The position numbers and the translations under genes were made by a program. This document shows, piece by piece, positions 29,443-39,586 of a stretch of DNA of 64,000 nucleotides; positions within the stretch are counted from its first letter, which is position 1; each line of letters begins with the position of its first letter. The DNA lies in contig OZ253545.1 in assembly GCA_965262615.1 (NCBI GenBank), forward strand, positions 160,001-224,000, written 5' to 3'. The DNA is from Alphaproteobacteria bacterium (GTDB lineage: Bacteria; Pseudomonadota; Alphaproteobacteria; GM7ARS4; G965262615). Below the pieces are notes generated by a model. It was not told where the DNA came from, searched no databases, and saw only the letters and a list, made by a program, of their open reading frames with translations.

Positions 29443-30211
29443 GGTCTTTTGTCGTAAAGAGCTGCGGCTTTGGTGTCAAGCTGTGATTGTGCGCCAGCGC
29501 GCGCATCACGCCGTGCCACATGTGAGCCTCGTCTTCGGTCAATTGCGCCTTCCACAGACAATGACGCAAGCGATGGCGACAGCGTTCCTCTTTGGTGTCG
29601 CCCTGCAAAAATCCCACATGGCGAAGCGACTGCTCCAGCAACCCAAACAATGCCTGCATGGTGGCGTGACGAGCCGGCTCACGGTCATTGAGCTGGACAT
29701 CAACGGGCGGGGACTCTTCCAGCACCGCCAGCCGCCATTCATAGGCAATGAGCAGAACCGCTTGAGCCAGATTGAGAGAACGCCGTCCTTGCTCCAGTGG
29801 CACAGAAACAATGGCTTCGGCAAGGGATATATCCTCGTTTTCTAATCCCGATGCCTCACAGCCAAACAACACGCCCAGCCGTCTGCCCTTGTGACTTTGT
29901 TCCATCATGTAACGCGCCGCGTTCCGCGGCGTCATGACGGGACGCTCCAAGTGACGAATTCGTGCCGTCGTCGCAAGACAACCATGAACATCGGCGAGTG
30001 CCGCACCCGTCGTATCGCAAATGGTCATGGATTCCACCAGTGGCTTTGCCATCATGGCAAGGGCACGAGCGCGATCATAATCCAAATCATGACGCGGTGA
30101 CACCAACCGCAAATCATCCAACCCGCAATTATACATGGCGCGAGCAGATGCTCCCACATTCTCACCCAATTGCGGCTTCACCAAAACGATGGCTGGAAAC
30201 GGTGGGGTCAT
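29414..30211 (-). CDS. trmJ: tRNA 2'-O-methyltransferase TrmJ/LasT (SPOUT)
   Basis: [21 protein letters not shown] and SLNLAQAV. Confidence 0.88.
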   Translation of the reverse strand: MTPPFPAIVLVKPQLGENVGASARAMYNCGLDDLRLVSPRHDLDYDRARALAMMAKPLVESMTICDTTGAALADVHGCLATTARIRHLERPVMTPRNAARYMMEQSHKGRRLGVLFGCEASGLENEDISLAEAIVSVPLEQGRRSLNLAQAVLLIAYEWRLAVLEESPPVDVQLNDREPARHATMQALFGLLEQSLRHVGFLQGDTKEERCRHRLRHCLWKAQLTEDEAHMWHGVMRALAHNHSLTPKPQLFTTKDHDQTHSGKT

Positions 30212-31872
30212 GGAATTGTTGTTGGGTCTTGTAAATACTTCTCCAAATCAAAATCCTCTGGTGGGTCTTTTATTTCACTTGGTGACACATTGTCTTTGGT
30301 CAATTTCCAATCAATGCCATCTGTTAAAGCTTCAAAACTGGCTCTAATAATACTGACAGACACGCCCACTGTTTCCCAATGGTTACCATCTTCATCACGA
30401 AAGGCAATTGCCACTCTAGTGCGTGCTTGTGTTTGTGCTTCGGCATTGACAATCCGCACCTTGTAATCTTCCAATTTAATCTGCTTGACAGATTCATAAA
30501 CTTTAATAAGACCAGAATGGAGACAATTATACAACGCGTGCACGGGACCTTGTGCTCCACTATCGCTCCAAGATATTTGGCTACCACATAAAAATACCAT
30601 CCTTGCATTGCACCACATTTCATGGTCAGACGGTTCTTCATTCCAATAGTCGTCCACTGCTTGATAACGCAGAACTTTATAAAAAGGCTTGTATAAGCCA
30701 AAATTTTTGCGTGCCAGCATTTCAAAACTGGCAGCTGCACCATCATAGGTGTAGCCTTCATGTTCTCTGGATTTGACTAAATCAATGAATTCGTCCAGTC
30801 GCGCTGGGTTGATGTCATCAATTTCCAACTGTTTCAAGCGACTCTTCATGATACTGCGTCCTGCTTGTTGCGAGACAATCAATTGTCTTTCATTGCCCAC
30901 ATCACTTGGGTCAATGTGTTCGTAGGTGCTTGTCTTTTTGGCGATGGCTGAGCCGTGCAAGCCGCCTTTGTGAGCAAAGGATTGTTGTCCCACATAGGGG
31001 GCGCGCGCATACGGCGCGCGATTCAAAATATCGTCAACCTTGTGAGAGAGAACAGCCAGCTGTCGCAATCCCGCATCGTTAATGCTCGTCTTCATTCCCA
31101 TCTTAATCATGAGATTGGGAATGATGGTGATCAAATTGGCATTGCCGCATCGCTCGCCCAATCCGTTGAGTGTTCCTTGCACATGGCGCGCGCCTGCTCG
31201 CACCGCCGCCAGCGAATTCGCCACCGCCTGTCCGGTGTCATCGTGAGTGTGAATTCCCACCACGCAATTGGGATGTTGCGCCACCACCTGAGATGTGATT
31301 TGCTCCACCTCATCGCTCATTGTGCCGCCATTGGTGTCACAGAGCACCAACACCGATGCGCCGCCATCCACCGCCGCCTGCAAACATTGCATGGCGTATT
31401 GTTCGTTGTCCTTCGCGCCATCAAAAAAATGCTCGGCATCAAAAAACAGCTCGCGCTTTGGATTTTTTTTGTGCAAAAAGGCAAAAGAGTCTGCGATCAT
31501 GGCGAGGTTTTCTTCCGCCTTCACCCCCAGTGCATGAGTCACCTGAAACAAGGATGCCTTGCCCACCAGACATAGTGTTGTGACCCTGCTTTCATCCAAC
31601 TGACGCAATCCCTTGTCTTGTGCCGCCGACACATTGGCACGGCGCGTCATGCCAAAACAAGTCAAACGACTGCGCTTCAATGACGGCGGGGAGGCAAAAA
31701 ACTCCCCATCCAACGGATTAGACCCCGCAAAACCGCCCTCAATGTAATCAATGCCAAAGTCATCCAGCGCGGCGGCAATGGCGTGTTTATCCTGCAAAGA
31801 TAAATCCACCCCCGGTGTCTGCGCCCCATCACGCAAGGTGCTATCGTATAAGGTGACAAAATCATCACTCAT
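30208..31872 (-). CDS. cimA: Citramalate synthase
   Basis: YDSTLRDGAQ, FDAEHFFDG, LCDTNGG, GERCGNANL and FAHKGGLH. Confidence 0.92.
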   Translation of the reverse strand: MSDDFVTLYDSTLRDGAQTPGVDLSLQDKHAIAAALDDFGIDYIEGGFAGSNPLDGEFFASPPSLKRSRLTCFGMTRRANVSAAQDKGLRQLDESRVTTLCLVGKASLFQVTHALGVKAEENLAMIADSFAFLHKKNPKRELFFDAEHFFDGAKDNEQYAMQCLQAAVDGGASVLVLCDTNGGTMSDEVEQITSQVVAQHPNCVVGIHTHDDTGQAVANSLAAVRAGARHVQGTLNGLGERCGNANLITIIPNLMIKMGMKTSINDAGLRQLAVLSHKVDDILNRAPYARAPYVGQQSFAHKGGLHGSAIAKKTSTYEHIDPSDVGNERQLIVSQQAGRSIMKSRLKQLEIDDINPARLDEFIDLVKSREHEGYTYDGAAASFEMLARKNFGLYKPFYKVLRYQAVDDYWNEEPSDHEMWCNARMVFLCGSQISWSDSGAQGPVHALYNCLHSGLIKVYESVKQIKLEDYKVRIVNAEAQTQARTRVAIAFRDEDGNHWETVGVSVSIIRASFEALTDGIDWKLTKDNVSPSEIKDPPEDFDLEKYLQDPTTIP

Positions 31873-31877
31873 AATGA

Positions 31878-33218
31878 TTACTCATAATGACGCTTCCTCC
31901 TCCATTGAGTGTGTTTTCCCTTATCCTCTAAAACTATGCCTTGTTCAAGCAAAGAGTCTCTGATGGCATCGGCTGCCTGAAAATCACCGCTTGCGCGCGC
32001 GATTTCGCGTGTCTTGATTTGTTTTTCCACATCGTCACTGACCACACCTTTCTGCAACCATGTATTGCTGTCATCGTGCAACAATCCCATCAATTGAGCC
32101 GCCGCCAATCCCTGCTGGGCATCATCGCCTCCCTTGCTCATATAATCATGCACCAAGCTCAATGCCAATGACACATTCAAATCATCCGCCAATGCCGCCA
32201 TCACATCGGGCGCGAGCGATGCCGCGTCATCACACACCATCTGCCCCTTCATGCGATACAGAGAATCCAAAAAGCGTTCCGCTTCCTGCAACTGATGATG
32301 AGAACAATCCAACGGCTTGCGATAATGGGTCATCAACAAAAAAAGACGCAGCACCTCACCCTGCCACTCTTGCAACAATTCCCCCACGCCACGCACATTG
32401 CCCAGCGATTTAGACATCTTCTCGCCATCACAGGTGACATATCCGTTATGAACCCAAAAGCGCGCCATCGTGTCCGTTCCCACACACGCACAGCTTTGGG
32501 CGATTTCATTTTCGTGATGGGGAAAAATCAAATCCTGCCCGCCGCCGTGAATATCAAAGGGCGTGTCCAGATAGTGATGGCTCATGGCGGAACATTCAAT
32601 GTGCCATCCCGGACGCCCCCTGCCCCACGGGCTATCCCATCCCACCTCGTCATCGCTTGATGGCTTCCACAGGACAAAATCACGGGCATCTTTTTTATAC
32701 TCCTCCACCGCCACACGCGCCCCCGCCTGCATGGATGCCTCCTCCCGCTTGGACAGCACCCCATATCCATCCCATGACGACACCGCAAACAACACATGAT
32801 TTTCCGCCTCATAAGCATGACCCCGTGCCAACAATTGCTGAATCATGGTGACCATCATGTCAATGTGCTGTGTGGCGCGCGGTTCAACATCAGGAGGCAA
32901 CACGCATAGTGATGCCATGTCCTCATGAAACAGCTGCGTCATGCGGTGGGTCAGAGCATCAATGGGCTCGCCACGCTCACGCGCCGCCGTCATGATTTTA
33001 TCATCCACATCGGTAATGTTGCGCACATAAGTCACCCGCTCATAGAAGTGACGCAACAAGCGCACCAATAAATCAAACACCACCACAGGACGACCATTGC
33101 CAATGTGCGCCCTGTCATACACCGTGGGCCCACACACATAGACGCGCACATGGGAATCATCCAGTGGCACAAAAACCTCTTTTTTGCCGCTCAATTGATT
33201 GTGCAGCCGCAGCATCAC
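31878..33218 (-). CDS. cysS: Cysteine--tRNA ligase
   Basis: CGPTVY..HIGN, GRPGWHIEC and KMSKSLGN. Confidence 0.97.
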   Translation of the reverse strand: MMLRLHNQLSGKKEVFVPLDDSHVRVYVCGPTVYDRAHIGNGRPVVVFDLLVRLLRHFYERVTYVRNITDVDDKIMTAARERGEPIDALTHRMTQLFHEDMASLCVLPPDVEPRATQHIDMMVTMIQQLLARGHAYEAENHVLFAVSSWDGYGVLSKREEASMQAGARVAVEEYKKDARDFVLWKPSSDDEVGWDSPWGRGRPGWHIECSAMSHHYLDTPFDIHGGGQDLIFPHHENEIAQSCACVGTDTMARFWVHNGYVTCDGEKMSKSLGNVRGVGELLQEWQGEVLRLFLLMTHYRKPLDCSHHQLQEAERFLDSLYRMKGQMVCDDAASLAPDVMAALADDLNVSLALSLVHDYMSKGGDDAQQGLAAAQLMGLLHDDSNTWLQKGVVSDDVEKQIKTREIARASGDFQAADAIRDSLLEQGIVLEDKGKHTQWRRKRHYE

Positions 33219-34576
33219 GCCTCCTTTGCCACATGAGCCAGTCGGGCGGCAACTTGCTCACGCCCCAGCAGCTGCAAAATATCCGACAAGGCGGGACCAT
33301 CGGTGCGTCCCGTCAAAGCCAGACGCAGCGGCATCATCATGGCTCGCCCCTTGCGCTGCGTGGCTGCACTCACCCCATCAAGCCATGCCTGCCATGACGC
33401 GCTCTCATGATCTTGTGCCAATTGATGCGCCGTCACAAAAAAAGACCTGTCCTCTGACAATGGATTTGCATACCGCCAGTTGCCATCATGAATGATGCCA
33501 TCCCACTGTTTGATGTCATCAAAATAGCGCACATTATCACGCATCACCCGCCACAATGATTGGACTCGTCTTTCGTCCCATGACGGCAACAATGCTCTGA
33601 GGCGTGATGCCACATCAGCAAAATCCATGCGATGCAGCAACGATTCATTGACGCTGGCAAAATGACGCTCACTCAATTGCAATGGTGCGCGCGAGACATG
33701 CGTCAAATCAAAGGAATCAATCAATGCCGTCATGGTATTGTGTGCCACCAGCTGTTGCGCTCCGCCCAATCCCGCCAGCACATTGGCGACCGTCATGGCT
33801 TCATAGCCTCTGTCACGCAATGCCCGCAGCGACCACTGCTGATGAGAGCCATCGCGCTTGGACAAATTACGCCCCCCCTCACCCACCACCAATCCCACAT
33901 GACTGAATTGCGGCTCATTCAATTGCAGGGCGCGCGCCATATCCAATTGGGCGGCGGTGTTGGTGAGATGGTCTGACCCTCTGATGACATGAGCAATGGT
34001 CATGGCATCATCATCCACCACCGACAAAAGCAGATAGAGCATTGAGCCATCGCTGCGGCGAATGACAGGGTCAGACAATTCACTCAGTGCCACATTCATG
34101 TCGCCAAAAACGCCGTCATGCCAGCCGACGCTTCCTTCGCTCAAGACAAAACGCCAATGAGGCGCATCGCCGCGCTGCTCTCGCTTTTGCTTTTCTTGCG
34201 GCGATAAAAAATCCTTGTTGTAGCGCGGCGGCTGCTTGAGCTTGATGTGCATACGGCGCATGGTGTTCAATTCCTCCGCCGTCTCGTAACACGCATACAC
34301 CCGCTCCATCTGCCGCAAGCGTTCAAATGCCGCCTCATAGTGCGCGGTGCGATCCTTTTGCTGACATTCCTCATCCCACGCAATGGCGAGCCAGTTCAAT
34401 TCGTCTCTGATTGCCTGATAGGCATCCGCCTGCACCTTGCTGGCATCGGTGTCATCAAAGCGCAGCACAAATCGCCACCCGCGTTCACGCGCCAGCAGAA
34501 AATTGAGCAATGCCACCCGTCCATTGCCTGCGTGCAGCGCGCCACTGGGCGCGGGAGCAAAACGAACGCCGCTCAT
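33215..34576 (-). CDS. gltX: Glutamate--tRNA ligase (cysS-linked paralog)
   Basis: RFAPAPSG.LHAGN, RFDDTD, HVIRG.DH and LSKR. Confidence 0.92.
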   Translation of the reverse strand: MSGVRFAPAPSGALHAGNGRVALLNFLLARERGWRFVLRFDDTDASKVQADAYQAIRDELNWLAIAWDEECQQKDRTAHYEAAFERLRQMERVYACYETAEELNTMRRMHIKLKQPPRYNKDFLSPQEKQKREQRGDAPHWRFVLSEGSVGWHDGVFGDMNVALSELSDPVIRRSDGSMLYLLLSVVDDDAMTIAHVIRGSDHLTNTAAQLDMARALQLNEPQFSHVGLVVGEGGRNLSKRDGSHQQWSLRALRDRGYEAMTVANVLAGLGGAQQLVAHNTMTALIDSFDLTHVSRAPLQLSERHFASVNESLLHRMDFADVASRLRALLPSWDERRVQSLWRVMRDNVRYFDDIKQWDGIIHDGNWRYANPLSEDRSFFVTAHQLAQDHESASWQAWLDGVSAATQRKGRAMMMPLRLALTGRTDGPALSDILQLLGREQVAARLAHVAKEA

Positions 34577-36201
34577 AGAAAATCCTCCCCGCCGTTGATG
34601 ATGGGATACCGCCTGTCACGACCCAAATGACACGATGTCACCTTCACCCCAGGCGGCGATTGCCGCCTCTTGTGTTCCGAACGCAACAACAAATGACGCA
34701 CCCGAATGGCATCCTGCTTGGAAATTCCTCGCTTTACCAAATCATCAAGCGGCGAATTTTGCTCCAGAAAACCGTGCAAAATGGCATCCAATTGGTCATA
34801 GGGCATGAGGTCATCCTCATCTTTTTGTTGCGGAATCAATTCCGCACTGGGCGGCTTGGTCAAAATGGCATCGGCAATCACCAAGCCTTTCTTGCCCAGT
34901 CCGCCCTGAGGATGATGATCATTGCGATAGCGCGCCAAAAGGCGCACGCGCGTTTTATACACATCCTTAAGAGGCGCAAAAGCTCCGCTCATATCACCAT
35001 AAAGAGTGGTGTAGCCCACGGCACTCTCCGACTTATTGCTGGTGGCAAGCAACAGGGCGTTGTTCTCATTGGCAAACATCATCAACAGGGTGGCTCTGAT
35101 GCGCGCCTGCAGATTTTGTGCCGCCACACTTCGCTCATCCAGCCCGCCATAAGACTGCAAAAACGCCTCATACGCTTCGTGAATGGTCATGGTGGAAGAT
35201 GTGATTCCCAAATTATCCGCCATTGCTTGAGCATCGGTGAGAGTCTGGGGCGAGGTCACCATGGATGGCAGAATGATGGCATGCACCTGCCCTGCTCCCA
35301 GCGCATCCACCGCCAGTGTCGCCGTCAAGGCAGAGTCCAAGCCCCCCGACAAACCCAGCACCACCGACCGATACCCACTCTTGCCCACATAGTCACGAAT
35401 GGCAATCATCACGGCATGATAATCCATCGCCACCTCGTCTTGGTGTGGCTCTGCAGTGTGAGTTTCAAAAGAAGAAGGCATGAGGTCATCGTGCCATGCC
35501 TGTCCGTGCCACAGCAACCTGCCATCACCCGCCAGACAAAAGGAATTGCCATCAAACACCAGTTCGTCCTGTCCGCCCCATTGATTGACATACACCAGCG
35601 GCAAGCCCGTCTGCTCCACGCGCTGGCGTGCCACCTGCCTGCGTCTTTGCTGTTTGCCGCACTCATGGGGAGAGGCATTCATGGACACCAACAATTCCGC
35701 TCCTTGTGTGTGCAAAAAAGCGGCTCTTTTCTCACCCCATAAATCCTCACAAATCAAGACTCCAAAACAATGCTCACCAATGGTGAGAGGTTTTTGGTCA
35801 TGAGGGGCGGCGGTGAAGACTCGTTTTTCATCAAACACACCCTCATTGGCAAGGCGGTGTTTGAAGACCGCATCCCCCACCGTTCCATGATGCAACAACA
35901 CCGCCCCATTATAACACCCATCGTTGTGCAACAATGGCGCACCCACCAGCACCGCTATATCAGACGGCAACGCACGCGCAAGCAATTGCAAGCACTCATG
36001 AACCCTTGCAATAAAAGACGGACGCAACAACATATCTTCCGCCGTATATCCCACCAGTGCCATCTCGCTGGTGACCATCAACGAAGCATTCATGGCGGCA
36101 CTGCGGCGCGCGCCATCAAGAATGATGGCACTGTTTCCCTCTAAGTCGCCGACAGTCATGTTGGCTTGCAGGGCGGTCATGGGCACAGGCAGCGCGCTCA
36201 T
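34573..36201 (-). CDS. nadE: Glutamine-dependent NAD+ synthetase
   Basis: CN-hydrolase domain (ICEDLW) plus GLSGGLDS, NKSE..VGY.TLYGD and PSAEL. Confidence 0.95.
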   Translation of the reverse strand: MSALPVPMTALQANMTVGDLEGNSAIILDGARRSAAMNASLMVTSEMALVGYTAEDMLLRPSFIARVHECLQLLARALPSDIAVLVGAPLLHNDGCYNGAVLLHHGTVGDAVFKHRLANEGVFDEKRVFTAAPHDQKPLTIGEHCFGVLICEDLWGEKRAAFLHTQGAELLVSMNASPHECGKQQRRRQVARQRVEQTGLPLVYVNQWGGQDELVFDGNSFCLAGDGRLLWHGQAWHDDLMPSSFETHTAEPHQDEVAMDYHAVMIAIRDYVGKSGYRSVVLGLSGGLDSALTATLAVDALGAGQVHAIILPSMVTSPQTLTDAQAMADNLGITSSTMTIHEAYEAFLQSYGGLDERSVAAQNLQARIRATLLMMFANENNALLLATSNKSESAVGYTTLYGDMSGAFAPLKDVYKTRVRLLARYRNDHHPQGGLGKKGLVIADAILTKPPSAELIPQQKDEDDLMPYDQLDAILHGFLEQNSPLDDLVKRGISKQDAIRVRHLLLRSEHKRRQSPPGVKVTSCHLGRDRRYPIINGGEDFL

Positions 36202-37568
36202 GATGGTGAGTGGGATGCCCCTATTTTATCCACAATCAAAAATGCCAATTCCAACGCCTGATGAGCATTGAGGCGGGGATCACAATAAGTTTCATAGCGA
36301 TTGGCAAGGGTGTCATCGGCAATGCCCTGACCGCCACCGATACATTCGGTGACATCCTCGCCCGTCATCTCAACATGAATACCACCCAAAGGAATCCCTT
36401 CCGCCGCCACAATATCGGTAAAGGCACTCAGCTCCGCCAAAATATAATCAAACGGACGCGTCTTGTAACCGCTTTGACTCTTGATGGTATTGCCATGCAT
36501 GGGGTCACACATCCAAATGACGCTGCGTCCCTCTTTCTTCAAACGGCGCACCAAAGACGGCAATGATTTTGCCACCTTCTCATGTCCCATGCGACAAATG
36601 AGAGTCAATCTGCCCTCTTGGTTGTGAGGATTGAGAATATCCACCAGCCGTATCAATTCATCCTCCGTCATCTGGTCGCTCACCTTGACCCCCAGAGGAT
36701 TGACAATGCCTCTGGCAAACATCACATGTGCGCCATCCACCTGACGAGTGCGCTCGCCAATCCATACCATGTGAGCCGACGAATTATAAAATCCTCCCGA
36801 ATGAAGAGGGCGCGTCATGGCTTCTTCATAGGGCAGCAACAATGCCTCGTGCGAGCTGTAAAAGCGCACCTCATTGAATTCGCGCACCCGTGCCATCGGC
36901 ACACCACACGCCTTCATAAAGGCAATGGATTCGCTAATCTTATCGGCGGTCTTGGCAAAGCGTAGCCCCACAGGACTCTCCTTGATGAACTGCAACATCC
37001 ATCCGTGCACCGTCTCCAACGATGCCGACCCGCGCGCCGCCATAGAACGCATCATATTGAGGGTGGCGGCGGCATGCTCATATCCCTGCCGCATCCGATG
37101 TGGATCATGACGGCGAGCCTCAGCATCAAACTCAATGCCATTGACCATGTCACCCAAATAGCTGGGAAGAGTGATGCCGTCTCGCTTCTCGGTGGGGCTG
37201 GAGCGCGGCTTGACATACTGTCCCGCCACGCGCCCCACCTTCACCACAGGCTTGAGCATCCCCGCCATCAGCGCAATGGTCATCTGCATGAAGGCTTTGA
37301 AATTATGACGCACCACATCCTCGCGGGCATCGGCAAAAGTCTCGGCACAATCTCCGCCCTGCAACAACATCGCCTCCCCGCGCGCCACCAAGGCGAGATC
37401 CTCACGCAACGCTTCAATCTCACGATAAGACACCAGCGGCAGTGCCTCTTCCAAACCTCCCACCACTGATGCCAAAACCTTCTCATCCTCATAGGACGGC
37501 TGATGGCGAGCCTCATAATCTCGCCATCCATCTTTGCGCCACGAATTTTGCTCATGCATATTCTTCAT
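36198..37568 (-). CDS. Class II DAHP synthase
   Basis: LLQGGDCAE, GRVAGQY.KPRS, SHEALLLPYE, WIGERTR, CDPMHGN and CDPRLN. Confidence 0.95.
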   Translation of the reverse strand: MKNMHEQNSWRKDGWRDYEARHQPSYEDEKVLASVVGGLEEALPLVSYREIEALREDLALVARGEAMLLQGGDCAETFADAREDVVRHNFKAFMQMTIALMAGMLKPVVKVGRVAGQYVKPRSSPTEKRDGITLPSYLGDMVNGIEFDAEARRHDPHRMRQGYEHAAATLNMMRSMAARGSASLETVHGWMLQFIKESPVGLRFAKTADKISESIAFMKACGVPMARVREFNEVRFYSSHEALLLPYEEAMTRPLHSGGFYNSSAHMVWIGERTRQVDGAHVMFARGIVNPLGVKVSDQMTEDELIRLVDILNPHNQEGRLTLICRMGHEKVAKSLPSLVRRLKKEGRSVIWMCDPMHGNTIKSQSGYKTRPFDYILAELSAFTDIVAAEGIPLGGIHVEMTGEDVTECIGGGQGIADDTLANRYETYCDPRLNAHQALELAFLIVDKIGASHSPS

Positions 37569-37672
37569 AATAAATTCATCATACCCATTGAATTGACAAA
37601 AAAATAGCTCTACATACCCACTTAATGCACGGGGGAGACTGTTCAACCAACAACCCTCAAGGAGTTAATCCT

Positions 37673-38170
37673 ATGTCCCAGACTCAAAACCCCACCTCAA
37701 AGTGCTTGGTGGCTTCCGTCTTGTTGCTGTGCTCTGCTTTGCTCGTCCCTCACAATGGTCATACCATGAACCACGGGGGGCACGGTGATGACATGATGGA
37801 GATGAAAAGCATGATGAAAAAAACGAAAGGCATGGATATGATGATGCCCATGGTAGAAATGCCCGCTAACATGTCCAAAAAAGACTTTCCCAAAAACTCC
37901 ATCATGATGATGATGACACCATCAGGGGAAAAAGCTTTTGTGCCTTGGTATCTCACCAACAGCTTCAAATCCATGATGAGAATGGATGATGACGACATGG
38001 CACAAGGTGTCATGATGCGCATGGATAATGGCGAGTTTGCCTTTGTTCCGTGGTATCTCGCTCCTCAATTCTCCATGACCATGACCAAAAAAATGGACAT
38101 GATGAGGGGAATGGAAATGATGGAAGGCGATGACATGTCTTACATGTTCGTGCCTTGGTATAGACAATAA
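37673..38170 (+). CDS. Secreted methionine-rich protein with three FVPWY motifs
   Basis: AAGGAG RBS, N-terminal signal-like hydrophobic stretch, 35 Met in 165 aa, own terminator. Confidence 0.8.
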   Translation: MSQTQNPTSKCLVASVLLLCSALLVPHNGHTMNHGGHGDDMMEMKSMMKKTKGMDMMMPMVEMPANMSKKDFPKNSIMMMMTPSGEKAFVPWYLTNSFKSMMRMDDDDMAQGVMMRMDNGEFAFVPWYLAPQFSMTMTKKMDMMRGMEMMEGDDMSYMFVPWYRQ

Positions 38171-38189
38171 CCACCCCATCTGGATGAAG

Positions 38190-38229
38190 GAAAGCCCGTG
38201 AGATGATGAATCTTGCGGGCTTTCTTTTT
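38190..38229 (+). terminator. Intrinsic terminator
   Basis: AAAGCCCGTGAGAT/ATCTTGCGGGCTTT stem followed by a T tract. Confidence 0.75.
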
Positions 38230-38233
38230 GGTC

Positions 38234-39586
38234 TCACATGAGCCACTCCTCGCCGGTCGTGGGATGGATGCCAATGCACGCCGCCACTGTCTGTGTGGTG
38301 ATGCCTCCTGCCAGTGCGATTGCCAATCCTTGCATGATTTCAGGGGCATCCGTACCCAGCATGTGAAATCCGAGAATGCGTCCATCACGATGAGCAACCG
38401 TCTTGAGCAGTGCCTCATGATGCTGTGCCGTCATGTCATGATGGCGATGAAGGCTATACTGCAACGGCTTGAATTGATTCTTTGTGATTTCAACATCTTT
38501 TTTGCCATAACGTTGCTGAGCCTGGCGTTCGGTGAGTCCCACCGTTGCCAAAGGCGGATGACTAAAAACAGCCGTGGGCACTTGTTCATAGTCAAAGGGC
38601 GGCATGGGGCATCCTTGCCAATGGGCAACCAGACGCTCCGCCTCACGAATGGCAACGGGAGTCAGAGCCAGCCGTCCCACCACATCGCCAATGGCATACA
38701 CAGACGGCTCAGAGGTTTGATAGTGCTCATTGACCTTGATCGTGCCTCCATCATCGGTGGCAACGGCGACTTGATGCAAAGCATCAGTGTTGGGATCCCG
38801 TCCAATGGCTGCCAGCACGCAATCTGTCTCTATTGTTGAAGGCGATGACGCACCTGAGAGTGTCACACGCAAGTGAGAGTCAGTTTTCTCAATGGTTGCC
38901 ACCTGCGATTGCGTCAGCACCGTGATGCCTTTATCCACCATTGCGGTGTGCAATCGGGCGGCGATTTCATGATCAAAGGCTTGCAGCAATGCCTCTCCAC
39001 GATGAATCATCGTCACCGCCACGCCCAATCCATGCACAATGCACGCCATCTCCACCGCAATATAACCGCCCCCCACCACCACCATGCGAGAGGGCAATGT
39101 CGGCAAATGAAACACATCGTCCGAGACAATGCTGTGCTCATGCCCCTCACACGGCAACCGACGAGGAACGCCCCCTGTGGCAATCAAAATGCGCGTGGCT
39201 TCAATAAGCTCACCGTCACAACGCACATGGTGAGCATCGTGCATCTGAACCTCATGACGATAGATGGTCACTCCTGCTTTGTGCAACAGGTCATCATAAA
39301 TGCCATTGAGCCTTTTGATTTCTTTATTCTTGTTTTTTTGCAATGTCTGCCAGTGACAGTGCAGCGTTCCTTGCAATCCCAATGGTTGAGCATCTTGGGC
39401 TGCCTCTTGGTAATGAGCGGCAAAGGAATACAGTTTTTTGGGGACACAGCCCCGATTGACGCATGTGCCGCCGAATTCACGCCCGTCACTGATGGCGGTT
39501 TTCAATCCTGCCTCGCTGGCGCGCCGAGCCGCGCGCACACCGCCTGAACCCGCTCCAATGACAAAAACATCATACTGTTTCATCAT
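38234..39586 (-). CDS. gor: Glutathione-disulfide reductase
   Basis: GAGSGGVRA, GGTCVNRGCVPKK, GGGYIAVE and IHPT..EE. Confidence 0.95.
   Translation of the reverse strand: MMKQYDVFVIGAGSGGVRAARRASEAGLKTAISDGREFGGTCVNRGCVPKKLYSFAAHYQEAAQDAQPLGLQGTLHCHWQTLQKNKNKEIKRLNGIYDDLLHKAGVTIYRHEVQMHDAHHVRCDGELIEATRILIATGGVPRRLPCEGHEHSIVSDDVFHLPTLPSRMVVVGGGYIAVEMACIVHGLGVAVTMIHRGEALLQAFDHEIAARLHTAMVDKGITVLTQSQVATIEKTDSHLRVTLSGASSPSTIETDCVLAAIGRDPNTDALHQVAVATDDGGTIKVNEHYQTSEPSVYAIGDVVGRLALTPVAIREAERLVAHWQGCPMPPFDYEQVPTAVFSHPPLATVGLTERQAQQRYGKKDVEITKNQFKPLQYSLHRHHDMTAQHHEALLKTVAHRDGRILGFHMLGTDAPEIMQGLAIALAGGITTQTVAACIGIHPTTGEEWLM

Noticed and set aside
34627-35742. 371-aa plus-strand ORF and other long antisense ORFs (e.g. 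22744..23277 in the ORF track, 46969..47865)
   Set aside because: Shadows of well-supported genes on the opposite strand, with no motifs of their own
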